A stretch of DNA of 64,000 bases from Nannocystis bainbridge (GCF_028368995.1 NZ_JAQNDL010000005.1:640001-704000), one strand, 5' to 3'. Positions 21,301 through 30,723 are shown, numbered from the stretch's first letter. Numbers and translations are program-made. The notes: generated by a model not told the origin, from the letters alone.

Positions 21301-21411
21301 ACCACCCTCACGCGCGACGACGTCGCCGCTCTCGGCCTCGACCCCGAACTCGCCACCGCCAGCGACGAGCCCTCGACCCGCCTCCGCGCCATCCTCGCCC
21401 GCTGCAGCTGA
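18322..21411 (+). CDS. MglA-like small GTPase fused to a long Pro/Ser-rich repeat linker and a C-terminal kinase-like domain
   Basis: G1 YDGPGRAGKTTN, G2 GRTIFFD, G3 TVPGH, G4 NKQD; SD AGGAG. Confidence 0.85.
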   Translation: MAVFEPDRGRIVLRIVYDGPGRAGKTTNVEQLARIFGAQPGDELQVHPAATGRTIFFDWFSFDGGMLDGQQLQIQVVTVPGHKSLEPRRAHILHGADVVVLVCDSAVSGQDSAREMLDSLREHLGKRADHVPLLVQANKQDLPSAMSPPELAAALGLGPDVSVLGAQASAGIGVRETAIDAIRAAVRQMKLRTTHDGLGAVAGRAGTAEQLRTALQALDNHGTQRDDDAAHARPRAPSDEGRVVYIRSAKLVSQLGGEADAVGRARTRAPEPVPSSMSERPEPARPARPRIPVSAMFLEPVPDPPDIPAAPPAAVRVPPPPVLSLADPPGPAVAPLELDPSDSTALASDASSSDIFATSERITAPVPEDIQAPASSPSEPAPNVSAPADPAPSHAPVPEDSNAVAEAGPPGELPPAAPHAPGPKASTIPPPAGPSPQPVPQASQTRTPSPGRPPALKDSALARSAKDLRERLRVAPLTHETVPQDSPSITAAKHALAVPAARAAGSSPAASGPQDPRPTSARAASETPVQEDSSAPSSAASPQPTPGLEASTSQAVPKDSQDSAAGHAATASPSLASEPVAEDIASSSPVPEDSPAPASEHPPAANQNLASAPAPEDITPTPSVHEDSPGPSSVSEDRSSLPSSPVPEDITASSPVLEDNPNPASAPENQPPPSPKDITPSSPVLEDSPPATSAPETQPPPSLEDITAFSPVPEDSPPATSAPETPPPPSPEDIASSPPVPEDSPNPTSAPETQPPPSPEHIASSPPVPEDSPPPVPDPQPAPSLDLPPPRPDLPPGHVWPVPGGRHVLERIADASLHRASPSGHAPSSMLFETGDFRLHTRPEWRFADPEQGRAALRDHVRRAARLGPLLPADTAIALAPTGANDEHLLWHIVPALDSLGQAIERAPESERPQQLARLAAAYATALRLLARDGLALELAPHAFAEQHGRWVYLGARLGGPASATEVLDALLRPSLDLPSRTAWLDALEQSLPTTLTRDDVAALGLDPELATASDEPSTRLRAILARCS
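19416..20635. repeat. intragenic array of TGTCC-N4-GGACA palindromes (PVPEDS peptide repeats) with an 84-bp higher-order repeat
   Basis: Perfect copies at 19416, 19509, 19764, 19905, 19986, 20190, 20286, 20370, 20454 and 20622, plus many degenerate copies. Confidence 0.9.
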
Positions 21412-21451
21412 TCCGTCCGCCCGGGCCCTCGACCTCTCTACAACTCCACAA

Positions 21452-22519
21452 TCATTCCGCCACGTCGACCCACGCCCCTCCCGTCAGCCGCAGCAGCGCC
21501 ACCTCATCAAAAATCACCGGCCGCCGCGGATCTTTGCGCGGGCTGACCCGCATCAACGGGCTGCGCCAGCGCCCATCCAGGCTGTCGAGCGCGGCCAGCA
21601 GCCCCGCGCGCGACGGGCACGGCCCCGCGCGGCGCAGCAGCTCCACCGTCAGCTCGGCCAGCGCTTGCCCGCCGATGCTCGTCCCCGTCACCTCGACCTG
21701 CGGCGCGCGGCGGGCCATCAACTCGCGGTGCCCCGCGATCGCCGGAGAACCTGACCCTTCGGCCATGTACAGCCAGTGCGCCCCGACCACCCCCTCGCCC
21801 GCCGGCCCGAGCAGCGTCGTCAGCCCGTCGACGAACCCCACCAGCCAGCGCGGCGCGAACCCGCGGCCGCGCCCGTGAACGATCGCCGCCGCCTCCTGCT
21901 CCGGCCGCACCACCAGCAGCACCGCCTCCACGCCCGCCGCCTGCATCGCAGCCACTGCTGGCTCGATCGCCTCGCCCGCGCCCAGCCAGCGCGAGCACGT
22001 CGGCGCCCGCCCGAGCCCCTCCGCGAACCCGGCCACCCAGTCGCGGCCGAAGTCCGTATCGTACGTGATCGTCCCGACCCGCCCGGGCGCGCGCACGTGC
22101 TGCCCGAGCGCGCGCCCGTTGACGTGGTACGGCACGTTGGCCACGAACATGTTCGCCCGCGGCGGCTCGGCCATCGCCGACGCCCCCGTCACCACCGCCA
22201 GGTCGGGCATGTTCGCCGCCGTCAGTCGATCGATCACCGTCGCGTGCGGCGGCGTGCCCACGCACATCAAGAACCCGAGCAGCGCCGGCCCGGCCAGCAG
22301 CCGCTCGACCACCGCCGGCGTCTCGCCCGGATCGTAGCGATCGTCGCCGACGACCAGCTCGATCGGGTGCCCGTGCACCCCCCCCGCCGCGTTGACCTCG
22401 GCGAACAGCGCCTGCGCGGCCCCGGCGATCTCGCCGAACATCGCCATCACCCCGGAGAGCGGCGCGTGACAGCCGAAACGAATCGTCTCACCCGGCCGCA
22501 ATTTTTCTTCAAATTCCAT
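21452..22519 (-). CDS. LivJ-like periplasmic-binding-protein fold (ABC substrate-binding family)
   Basis: APLSG, VNAAGGVHGHPIELVVGDDRYDP, VGTP, DFGRD. Confidence 0.85.
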   Translation of the reverse strand: MEFEEKLRPGETIRFGCHAPLSGVMAMFGEIAGAAQALFAEVNAAGGVHGHPIELVVGDDRYDPGETPAVVERLLAGPALLGFLMCVGTPPHATVIDRLTAANMPDLAVVTGASAMAEPPRANMFVANVPYHVNGRALGQHVRAPGRVGTITYDTDFGRDWVAGFAEGLGRAPTCSRWLGAGEAIEPAVAAMQAAGVEAVLLVVRPEQEAAAIVHGRGRGFAPRWLVGFVDGLTTLLGPAGEGVVGAHWLYMAEGSGSPAIAGHRELMARRAPQVEVTGTSIGGQALAELTVELLRRAGPCPSRAGLLAALDSLDGRWRSPLMRVSPRKDPRRPVIFDEVALLRLTGGAWVDVAE

Positions 22520-22654
22520 CCTCGACCCTCCTGTCGCCCTCATCCGCCATGCAAGTGCCATGAATCGAACCCGCGATCTCCGCCCTGCGGACATTCTCCC
22601 ATTCGCGGCATCTCGCCAGCCTCTTCGAGCACGCCGCCCGCGCTTCCCTGCGTC

Positions 22655-23965
22655 TCATGCTTCCTCCGCCAGCGACGCGTCTCCGCCCAGCCATCGCTCG
22701 ACCAGCACAACTCCACGGTCGCCCGCCTCGACCCTCTGCATCTCCGCCTGCATGCGCCCCAGCGCCTCAGTGTAACGGCCAGCAAGCGCCCGATCGACGG
22801 CCGCCTCCAGCCCCTCCCCCGAATCATCCGCCGCTGCCAGCACCTCGCCGAGCCCATGATGGGCCGCCCGCGCCGCGTTGCCCTGGGCATCAAAGGGGTT
22901 GAACTGCGGCGCCAGCACCAGCGGCACCGCATCTTGGAGGCACTCCTTGATCGTCCCCATCCCGCCGACCGAGATCATCACCGACGCCGCGCCCAGCACC
23001 GCCTGTTGTGGCGCCCACGCCAGCACTCGCGCGTTGGCCGGCGCCGCCGCGGCCAGCCGATCCGCCCAAGTCGCGTCGCCTGCGATCACGAAGCTCAGCT
23101 CCGGCCGGCGCCGCGCCAATCGCAACACCTGATCCAGCAACGCCGCGTATTGCGGCCGCCAGAGCCCCTGCGAACCCAGCGCGCAGTACACCAGCGGCCG
23201 CCGCTGCAAGAACTCCTGCAATTCCGGCCCCACCGTCGCCGCCGCCGGCGACACGCTGGCGACATCGTCGTGGCAGCGCCCCGGCAACATTCGCGGGAAC
23301 TCGAAAGCCCGCGGTCCCAGGATCAATTGTGGCAGCCGCGGGAAGTCCGGCGCGATCGCCCCCTCCCACGAAAACTCCTCGCGCGGAAATCCATACACCG
23401 CCAGCAGCGCCTCCACGTAGCGCGGGTACCAATCGTCGGCTTCGCGCTGGCGCTGCTCGGCCAGCCGCGCCCACTCGGCCTCCGCGGCCGCCCGCGCTGG
23501 CGCGTCCGTGCCCCAGCGGACCGCGCTCGACAGCGGCGGCACCCCTGGTTCGCGGCCCTGGAAGCACGTCGGTGACAGCAGCCCCACGCGGATCCCCAGC
23601 CGCCGCGCCACGATCGGGATCGACACATCATAGACATCCCCGAGGATCAGGTCCGGCGCCGCCGCTCGATAGACCGCGTCGAGTCCGCCCGCCAGCAACC
23701 ATTGCACCCGCGCGTCACGGCGCCGCTCCGCGTCCGCCTCACGCGCCGGCTGATCCATCCCCGTCCACGCCGCCTCCGCCGCCGCCGGAAAGATGTGCTC
23801 GAGGTATGGCCGCAGCGTGACACCCTGGGCCGCGCAGAAATCATGCCACCACGGCGTCAGCAGATATTCGACCCTGTGCCCCGCCGCCGTCAATCCGCGC
23901 GCCAGCTTCAACGTCGGCAGCACGTGCCCGTGTTCACGCAGCATGTGAATCAAGATCCGCGCCAT
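22655..23965 (-). CDS. GT1 (UDP-glycosyltransferase/MGT family) glycosyltransferase
   Basis: HGHVLPTL.LA..L...GHRV, VYCALGS, WAPQQAVL, GGMGTIKE, DAQGNA. Confidence 0.9.
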   Translation of the reverse strand: MARILIHMLREHGHVLPTLKLARGLTAAGHRVEYLLTPWWHDFCAAQGVTLRPYLEHIFPAAAEAAWTGMDQPAREADAERRRDARVQWLLAGGLDAVYRAAAPDLILGDVYDVSIPIVARRLGIRVGLLSPTCFQGREPGVPPLSSAVRWGTDAPARAAAEAEWARLAEQRQREADDWYPRYVEALLAVYGFPREEFSWEGAIAPDFPRLPQLILGPRAFEFPRMLPGRCHDDVASVSPAAATVGPELQEFLQRRPLVYCALGSQGLWRPQYAALLDQVLRLARRRPELSFVIAGDATWADRLAAAAPANARVLAWAPQQAVLGAASVMISVGGMGTIKECLQDAVPLVLAPQFNPFDAQGNAARAAHHGLGEVLAAADDSGEGLEAAVDRALAGRYTEALGRMQAEMQRVEAGDRGVVLVERWLGGDASLAEEA

Positions 23966-23969
23966 CGCC

Positions 23970-25166
23970 TCACCTCTTGTGCGCCGGCGCCATCCAGCGC
24001 ATCAGCGGCAAAGCCAGCACCGCCGCCAGCGCGGCGCAGCCGGCCGCCGTCCAGTACAGCGCCGCGTAGCCGGCCCGCGACGCCACCTCGCCGAGGCCCA
24101 GCTCGGCCGCGAATCCGGCCACCGCCAGCGCCGCCCCGAGCGCCGCGCTCACCATCCCGCGCCCGCGGACCTTGTCGTAGAACGTCGAATACAGCGCTGG
24201 CCACAATAGCAAGTGTCCCAGCCCCGTCGCCACCCCGAGCGCGATCATCCCCGCCCCCGTGCGCACCTCCGCCAGCCCGCCCCCCACCGCGACCAGCAGC
24301 AGCGCGCTGGCCACCACCACCGGCCCGCGGCCCAGCCGATCGACCAGGTGCCCCGCCGCCGCGCGCCCGAGGGCGATCACCGCGAAGTAGGCCGCGAACA
24401 TCGGCGTCACGCTGCCGAGCGCGCGCCGGGTCGCCAGCGCGGTGATGAACGACTCCTGCGCCACGAAGTGGATCGACAGCAGCGTGAACACCACCATCAA
24501 CACGACCACCCGCGGCTGCACCATCTCGCGCGCGAACTCGCGGTACGGCGGCGCCACCTCCTCGGCCGCCGGCGCCGGCGCGCGCGCGAACACTCGCACC
24601 AGCACATGCACCGCCGCCAGGCCCGCCAGCGCCTGGCACATCGCCGCGAAGCCCCAGCGCCCCAGCAGCCCCTCCGCCAGCCCCGAGCCGATCACGTTGC
24701 GCGCCAGGCTGACGAACGCGAAGTAATACGCCAGCACCTGCGGCCTGCGCTCCGCCGGCACCGACGCCACCACCGTCGCCACCACCCCGACGTCGAGGTG
24801 CGCCGTGCCGAGGCTCATCAGCGCCACGCTGGCCGCCAGCCCGTTCACGCTGTCCGCCGCCGCCGCCGCGCACGCGAGCCCGAGCGCCTGCACCAGCGCC
24901 CCGCCGATCAGCATCGCCCGCAGCCGGTGCTGCGCCAGCCAGCCCGCCAGCGGCAGCGCCAGCAGCCCGCCCAGCGTCGACGCCGCCATCACCTCGCCGA
25001 TGATCGCCGGCGATTGTCCCGCGCCCTCGAGGTGACCGGGCACGAAGCGCAGCGCCATCGAGGCGATCGGTCCGAGCGCCGCCGCGGCGAAGAAGCCGAC
25101 GAATCGCGGGTCGCGCCACGGCAGCGCCGGCGTCCTGGCCTCATTCGCGCGTTCCCCCGCTCGCAC
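23970..25166 (-). CDS. MFS transporter
   Basis: About 12 hydrophobic segments; motif A-like GHLVDRLGRGPV. Confidence 0.85.
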   Translation of the reverse strand: MRAGERANEARTPALPWRDPRFVGFFAAAALGPIASMALRFVPGHLEGAGQSPAIIGEVMAASTLGGLLALPLAGWLAQHRLRAMLIGGALVQALGLACAAAAADSVNGLAASVALMSLGTAHLDVGVVATVVASVPAERRPQVLAYYFAFVSLARNVIGSGLAEGLLGRWGFAAMCQALAGLAAVHVLVRVFARAPAPAAEEVAPPYREFAREMVQPRVVVLMVVFTLLSIHFVAQESFITALATRRALGSVTPMFAAYFAVIALGRAAAGHLVDRLGRGPVVVASALLLVAVGGGLAEVRTGAGMIALGVATGLGHLLLWPALYSTFYDKVRGRGMVSAALGAALAVAGFAAELGLGEVASRAGYAALYWTAAGCAALAAVLALPLMRWMAPAHKR

Positions 25167-25390
25167 CCGGCTCGCCCCTCCGCCGCGCCCTCAATCTCGC
25201 ACGACCGCGACGCCGACGCGAGCCGGGCGAGATCGCCCGCCGAGACGCCGGCGAGGACCACCCTTTCAGGCTCGGGCGCCCGCGGAGTCCCCGGACGCGC
25301 AGCCCGGTCCGTCACCGCGCCACCGGGCCGAGCGCGCCCCCAATCACGATACCCCGAGCTGCCACCATTCCCGGCGTCGACACGGTGCCA

Positions 25391-25759
25391 TCATTTCCCC
25401 GCATCCCCGCCGAGGATGGTCGCGCCCGTCCACGTGAACACCTCCTGCGTCGGCGGCCCCAGCGGCGCCTGGTTCGGATCGGTGCCCGACAGCGCCAGCA
25501 CCGTCGATTTGAACCACACCTCGAAATCATCGGTGCTGGCCACGTACGCGTCGATCGGCGCCGCCTCGTCGACGCGCGTCACCACCAGCACCCACGGCCC
25601 GAACGGCGTGTTTTGCACGTGCCACGTGTCCAGCAGCACCCCGTAGCGCCGGTACGCCGCCTCGGCCTCGGCGCGCCGGCGCCCGCGGAGGGCCGCCACG
25701 AATGCCATCAGCTCGTCGACCGGTCGGCACAACGGGAATGCACGTACCGCGTAGGACAT
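25391..25759 (-). CDS. small hypothetical protein (dimeric alpha-beta barrel-like)
   Basis: 122 aa with coding-like composition; AFPL and FEVWFK segments. Confidence 0.6.
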   Translation of the reverse strand: MSYAVRAFPLCRPVDELMAFVAALRGRRRAEAEAAYRRYGVLLDTWHVQNTPFGPWVLVVTRVDEAAPIDAYVASTDDFEVWFKSTVLALSGTDPNQAPLGPPTQEVFTWTGATILGGDAGK

Positions 25760-25970
25760 GCTCGCGAACGTAGCACCGGCCCATCAGCCCGCGAGCGCGC
25801 CGTCCGCTCGCTGCGATCCACGTCGCAGGCGTCCGTGACACGCGCGGCCGCCCCCGCGCCTCGCCTGTGCGCCCCGTCTCCGCGGCCTCGCGCGAGCGCC
25901 CGTCCGCGACCCTCGCGCGCCGCCGCGCCGAGCCTTGTGCCCGGGGCCCGCCGCGGGCATCGTGGCCGCC

Positions 25971-26834
25971 ATGGCTTCCCGCGCCTCGTTCTTCGCCTCG
26001 CCGCTCCTCCTCCTCGCCCTCCTGCCCGCCTGCAACGGCGGCGAGAAGACCACCGCCGACGTCACCGCGACGATGGCCACCACCGACGCCGCCACCGACC
26101 CGACCACGGACGACGGCACCGCGACCGACTCGGGCTCCACCACTGACGGCTCGACCGCCAGCCCCACCGACCCCGGCACGACCGCGACCACCGACGCCAC
26201 CGTCACCACCGACGCGACCGTCACCACCGACGCGACGACGACGACCAACACCGCGACGGGCACGACCGACGCGACGACCACCACGACCGACGCGACGACC
26301 ACCGACACCGGCGACACCTCCACGACCACCGGCGTGATGCCCGGCTCGTGCGAGGGCGACGCGCCGCGGATCCGGCTGGCGACGACGATGGGCGACCTGG
26401 TCGTCCAGCTCGACGCCGTCAACGCCCCGGTCACCACCGCCAACTTCATCCACTACGTCGAGGCAGGCTTCTACGCCGGCACCATCTTCCACCGCGTGCT
26501 CGACGATTTTGTCATCCAGGGCGGCGGCTTCACCGCGGACCTGCAGAGCAAGCCGACCGAGCCGCCGATCCCGCTCGAGACCAGCCCCGCGCTGACCCAC
26601 GTCGACGGCGCCATCTCGATGGCCCGCACCAACAACCCCAACAGCGCCACCTCGCAGTTCTACATCTGCGACGGCCCGCAGCACTTCCTCGACGGCGACT
26701 ACGCCGCCTTCGGCGTGCTGGTCGAGGGCTTCGACGTGCTCGCCGCCATCGCCGCGGTCCCGACCCAGAGCGAGAAGGGCTACGACGACGTCCCCGTCGC
26801 CGACGTCATCATCGAGTCCGCCACCTGCGAGTGA
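25971..26834 (+). CDS. cyclophilin-type peptidylprolyl isomerase lipoprotein with Thr-rich linker
   Basis: Lipobox LPAC; APVTTANF, FHRV..FVIQGGG, SMART, SATSQFYI, LDGDYAAFG. Confidence 0.95.
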   Translation: MASRASFFASPLLLLALLPACNGGEKTTADVTATMATTDAATDPTTDDGTATDSGSTTDGSTASPTDPGTTATTDATVTTDATVTTDATTTTNTATGTTDATTTTTDATTTDTGDTSTTTGVMPGSCEGDAPRIRLATTMGDLVVQLDAVNAPVTTANFIHYVEAGFYAGTIFHRVLDDFVIQGGGFTADLQSKPTEPPIPLETSPALTHVDGAISMARTNNPNSATSQFYICDGPQHFLDGDYAAFGVLVEGFDVLAAIAAVPTQSEKGYDDVPVADVIIESATCE

Positions 26835-26836
26835 GC

Positions 26837-26906
26837 TGACCTCCAGGACATGCCCGCGAGGGCATGTCCGCCCGGACATGACCGTCGGGTCATGTCCCCG
26901 AGGACA
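26837..26906. repeat. five abutting 14-bp palindromes between convergent genes
   Basis: TGACCTCCAGGACA, TGCCCGCGAGGGCA, TGTCCGCCCGGACA, TGACCGTCGGGTCA, TGTCCCCGAGGACA. Confidence 0.9.
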
Positions 26907-26915
26907 CCCAGTGCC

Positions 26916-28040
26916 TCAGCCCGGCGGCTCGAACTGCTCGCAGGCGGTGTCGATCACGCTGACCGCCGCGTCGAAGAACGGCGCGTAGTCGGGCGAGCAG
27001 ATCGAGCCCCAGCTGCCGTACGTGAACGACTCGGCGAACTGGCGCAGGCGCGGCGAGGCCTCGGCCTGGCCGGTGCACACCGGGTTCGGCTGGTCGGGGT
27101 CGCCGATGAGGCCGAGCACGACGATGTTCTTCTCGAGCCCGAACTTGGCGGCCACCAGCGACGCGTTCCAGCCGACCGGGTTGCCGTTCGACTCCTGGTC
27201 GTCCTCCTCGTCGGTGATGAAGGTGACGACCAGCAGCGCGTCCTTGCGCACGAACCCGTCGTTGCACCCGGCCGGCTTGGTGAGCGGCCCGACCGCCGCC
27301 ACCATCGCCTCCATCGGCCGCTCGCTGCCGTCGCCGTTGGTGCCGACCTTGGCCAGGCACTCGAAGGTGCTGGCGAGGTTGGGCTGGCCGTCGACCATAT
27401 AACGCTGGCCGCCGGCCACCCCGCACTCGCTGTCGCTCGGGTCCTTCGTCAGCCCGACCCCGAGCGTCGCGTCGCAGCCCTCGGGCTGCGGCAGCATGTT
27501 GCACGGGTACCCCTCGCACTCGGGGAAGAACGTGCAAAGCACCAGGCACTCCTGCAAGAACGCGTTGCCGGCGTCGGTGTCGACCACCATGATGTGGTAA
27601 TCCTCCACCTTCACCGTGTTCTGAATCGACGAGATGAAGCCGTCGAAGCTGACCGCCAGCGCCTCCTGCTCCTCGGCCATCGAGCCCGAGTTGTCGACCA
27701 CGAACAGGAAATCGATCTTCTGACAGCCGCCCTCGGGCCCACCGGTCTCCGGCGGCACGATCGGCCCGGTGTCCTCGCCGACGTCGAACTTGACCCCCTC
27801 GGTGTTGCCGCTGCTGGTCGGATTCGCCGTCGAGGCCTCGCTGCCCTCGCTCTCGCCCGCGGTCCCGCTGCCGCCCGGCCCCGTCGTCTCGCCGCCCCCG
27901 CTGCCGGGCGCCGTGGTCGAGATGCCCGGCAGGGTCCCGATCGACGAGACCCCCGTCTGTTGCGTATCCCGGCTATCGTCGGTATCGGCGCACGCCGGCA
28001 GCAACGCGGTGCAGATGCAAGCAGTAAAGAAGAGGCGCAT
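26916..28040 (-). CDS. myxobacterial VWA-like lipoprotein
   Basis: Lipobox LPAC; T/S/G linker; MIDAS-like IDFLFVVDNSGSM and ITDEED. Confidence 0.8.
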   Translation of the reverse strand: MRLFFTACICTALLPACADTDDSRDTQQTGVSSIGTLPGISTTAPGSGGGETTGPGGSGTAGESEGSEASTANPTSSGNTEGVKFDVGEDTGPIVPPETGGPEGGCQKIDFLFVVDNSGSMAEEQEALAVSFDGFISSIQNTVKVEDYHIMVVDTDAGNAFLQECLVLCTFFPECEGYPCNMLPQPEGCDATLGVGLTKDPSDSECGVAGGQRYMVDGQPNLASTFECLAKVGTNGDGSERPMEAMVAAVGPLTKPAGCNDGFVRKDALLVVTFITDEEDDQESNGNPVGWNASLVAAKFGLEKNIVVLGLIGDPDQPNPVCTGQAEASPRLRQFAESFTYGSWGSICSPDYAPFFDAAVSVIDTACEQFEPPG

Positions 28041-28315
28041 GGTCCCCCACACCATAGCCACGGGTCACGCCTGCTGTCGAGCACGCTCGCCGGGCCCCGC
28101 ATCGCCGCCCCGCCGCTCCAGCGCCCCTCCTGCGGCCCTTCGCGTGCGAGCCCCAGCCAAGCTCACGAGCCCGCCGCGCTGTCCAGATCCGAGCGCTTTC
28201 GCACGACCCGGGGGCGGCGCCTCGACGCATGCTGAATGCGCATTCGCAGAAGACTGCCCCGCATTCGCCATTCCCGCCGCGGTCGCTCGATTCGGGAATC
28301 TCGCGTCTCGCGGGT

Positions 28316-29224
28316 TCAGCTCGGCTCTGCGGAGTACCAGTGGGCCACGTCGCCCCCGCGCGCGTAGCGGTCGAACCACCCCGCCGCGAACGCCGGCAGC
28401 GGCTGGTCCTCGGGGTCGTGGTTCGGCAACTGTGATTGCAAGATCCCCCGCGTCGCCGCCTTGCGCGCGCTGGCTGACACGCAGGCGAACGGATCGGGCA
28501 GCGGCGCCGGCCGCTTGCCGAACGGCACCAGCGAGCGCAGCGCGTGGCGGGCCTGGAAGCCCGGCAGCAGCACCCGCGCGTCGATCTGGCGGTCCGCGAG
28601 CGGCACGTGCTCGTTGAAGCCGGTCACGATCACGTGCAGCACGCGGTGCATGTGCAGCGCCACCGACGGCAGCATCGCCAGGCGATACGCCTCGCTCCAG
28701 CCGAGCGCGCGATACAGGATCAGCGCCGAGCTGCGGTGCTCGACCTCCTCGACGAAATGCCACAAGAACATCGAAGCGACCCGATCGTCGCCCGGCCGGA
28801 ACAGATCGGCCTCGTGGTCGAGGAACAGCTTGAACGTCGGCGTGAAGGTCGCCTCGAGATCGGCGATGTACGCCAGGTGGTACCGCAGCGACTTGGCCGC
28901 CAGCATCTCGTCGAAGCAGCGGATCGCCTCGTCGACGGTGTGCTGCAGGCCCGGCCAGCGGCGGTACAGCGCCTTCAGGTGCTGCCGATGGACCCGCGCG
29001 TGCTGGGCCTCCTGGCGCAGAAAAGCGTCCGCCTCCGCCACCACGTCCGGCTCGGTGAACTGCGGCATCGCCTGCCGCACCACCGCGACGATGTATTTCT
29101 CAAAGGCGATGGCGAGGATGCTGATCATGTTGGCCATCACCGCGAACGTCGGGTTGCCCGGGTGCCACATGAACGGGACATCGTCGGCGAAATCGAACTG
29201 AACTTTCCGAACCTGCAAAGACAT
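28316..29224 (-). CDS. metal-dependent hydrolase (predicted, ferritin-like fold)
   Basis: AFEKY, FLRQEAQHARVH, LEATF, WHFVEEVEHRS. Confidence 0.85.
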   Translation of the reverse strand: MSLQVRKVQFDFADDVPFMWHPGNPTFAVMANMISILAIAFEKYIVAVVRQAMPQFTEPDVVAEADAFLRQEAQHARVHRQHLKALYRRWPGLQHTVDEAIRCFDEMLAAKSLRYHLAYIADLEATFTPTFKLFLDHEADLFRPGDDRVASMFLWHFVEEVEHRSSALILYRALGWSEAYRLAMLPSVALHMHRVLHVIVTGFNEHVPLADRQIDARVLLPGFQARHALRSLVPFGKRPAPLPDPFACVSASARKAATRGILQSQLPNHDPEDQPLPAFAAGWFDRYARGGDVAHWYSAEPS

Positions 29225-29474
29225 GGGGCCGCTACGGTCCTGCGCCGTGAGCCCAGCCTACGCCGGTAGCGCCGACGCGACAACGCGGCCGCGCCCGAGG
29301 ACGACGGGGTTCCGACGCCGCATCCCCGCGGATCACCGCGACCCCCTGTTTTCGCGCCCGCGCCTCGGGGCGATCCCGCGGGTCGCAGTCATGGCAGCGA
29401 GCGCGTGGCGTCGCCTCGAAGCGCCGGTGCGGGCGCGGTTGACAGCCCCCGGGAGCCCCGCCGAAGCTCGCGCG

Positions 29475-30299
29475 ATGGCTCGGCAAGATCCGGCAGTCCT
29501 CGCCCTGCTGCCCCTCTTCAAGGATACGTCCGCGCAGGGGCTCACCCGCCTGCTCACCGCCGTCGGCGCTCTCGGCAGCGACGGCCTCCCGGCCCTGCGC
29601 CGGGCTGCGCGCGGCAGCAAGGCCCGGGCGCGCCGGCGCGTCGATGCCTTGCTCGCGCTCGGCGACGCCGACCCCGGCGGCCCGCCCGACGATGAAGTCC
29701 GCGAGCTCCTGGGCGTGCGCGACGACCTCCGCGACGGGCTGGTGCAGAGCATGCAGACCCGGCCGCGGTTCATCCCCGAGCTCCGCGCGATCGCCCGCGA
29801 CGCCGACGACCCCGAGTGGGCGTGGGCCGTCGATGCGCTCGGCGAGCTCGGCGACCGCGACGGCGTCGAGATCCTCATGGCGCACACGGCCGGCCAGGAC
29901 ACCCCGTTCGTCCTGCTCGACGCCCTGCGCAAGATCAAGGACCCGATCGCCGCCCTGGTGTTCGAGCCCAACCTGACGCACCCCGAGGCGCGCACGCGGG
30001 TCTATGCGCTGTGGGGCCTCGCCGCTCTCGGCCACGAGACCCCGATCGCCGGCCTCGTCGCCCTGCTCGAAGACCCCGAGGTCCACACCGCGACCTCGTA
30101 CGATCCGGGCGAGTCGCGCCGCGCCGCCCAGGCCCTGTGCGACGTGCTCGGCTGGCCGTTCGAATGGGCCCCCGAAGCCGTGGAAGCCACCCGCGCGCGC
30201 GTCCGGGCCCGCTTCAGCGAGACCTACCTCGCCGCCTGCGCCGAGGCCCTGGCGCGCGGCCAATTCGACCTACCGCCCGATCATCCAGCGAGGGCCTGA
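29475..30299 (+). CDS. HEAT-repeat protein
   Basis: AVDALGELGD, YALWGLAALG, AAQAL helical repeats. Confidence 0.65.
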   Translation: MARQDPAVLALLPLFKDTSAQGLTRLLTAVGALGSDGLPALRRAARGSKARARRRVDALLALGDADPGGPPDDEVRELLGVRDDLRDGLVQSMQTRPRFIPELRAIARDADDPEWAWAVDALGELGDRDGVEILMAHTAGQDTPFVLLDALRKIKDPIAALVFEPNLTHPEARTRVYALWGLAALGHETPIAGLVALLEDPEVHTATSYDPGESRRAAQALCDVLGWPFEWAPEAVEATRARVRARFSETYLAACAEALARGQFDLPPDHPARA

Positions 30300-30723
30300 G
30301 CCGCAGGGTCCGCTCCCTCGCTAGGCCGCGGCAGCCAGGTCGATGCGTGCGCCTGTCGCTCGGCAAGATCGAGGGTGGATCGTGTGCGAAGCCGCGGAAC
30401 ATGGCCGATCGCCTGCCCCTTCTTTCACCGGCCCGGGAAGCGCGCACGGAAGCTGCGTGCGGTGCTCGTTCGGCCCGAGGCGAATGCCGCCGAGGAGCTA
30501 CCTATCGAGGCGGCCCAGGGCGCGTCGCTCGAGCGGAGCTGGAGGATGAATGTTGAAAGAGAGTGATGAAGATCGTGGTGACCAAGGCGCAGTCGCGCTG
30601 CAGCCCGAGCCGCCGGTGCGAGAGACGTTCGCGCTGCTGATCCTGAGCGACATGTCGGTCGTGGCAGGCGAGCTCGTTCGGCGGTGCGCTGCGGCTGGAC
30701 CTCCGACCGATGCGCGGGGGCCG

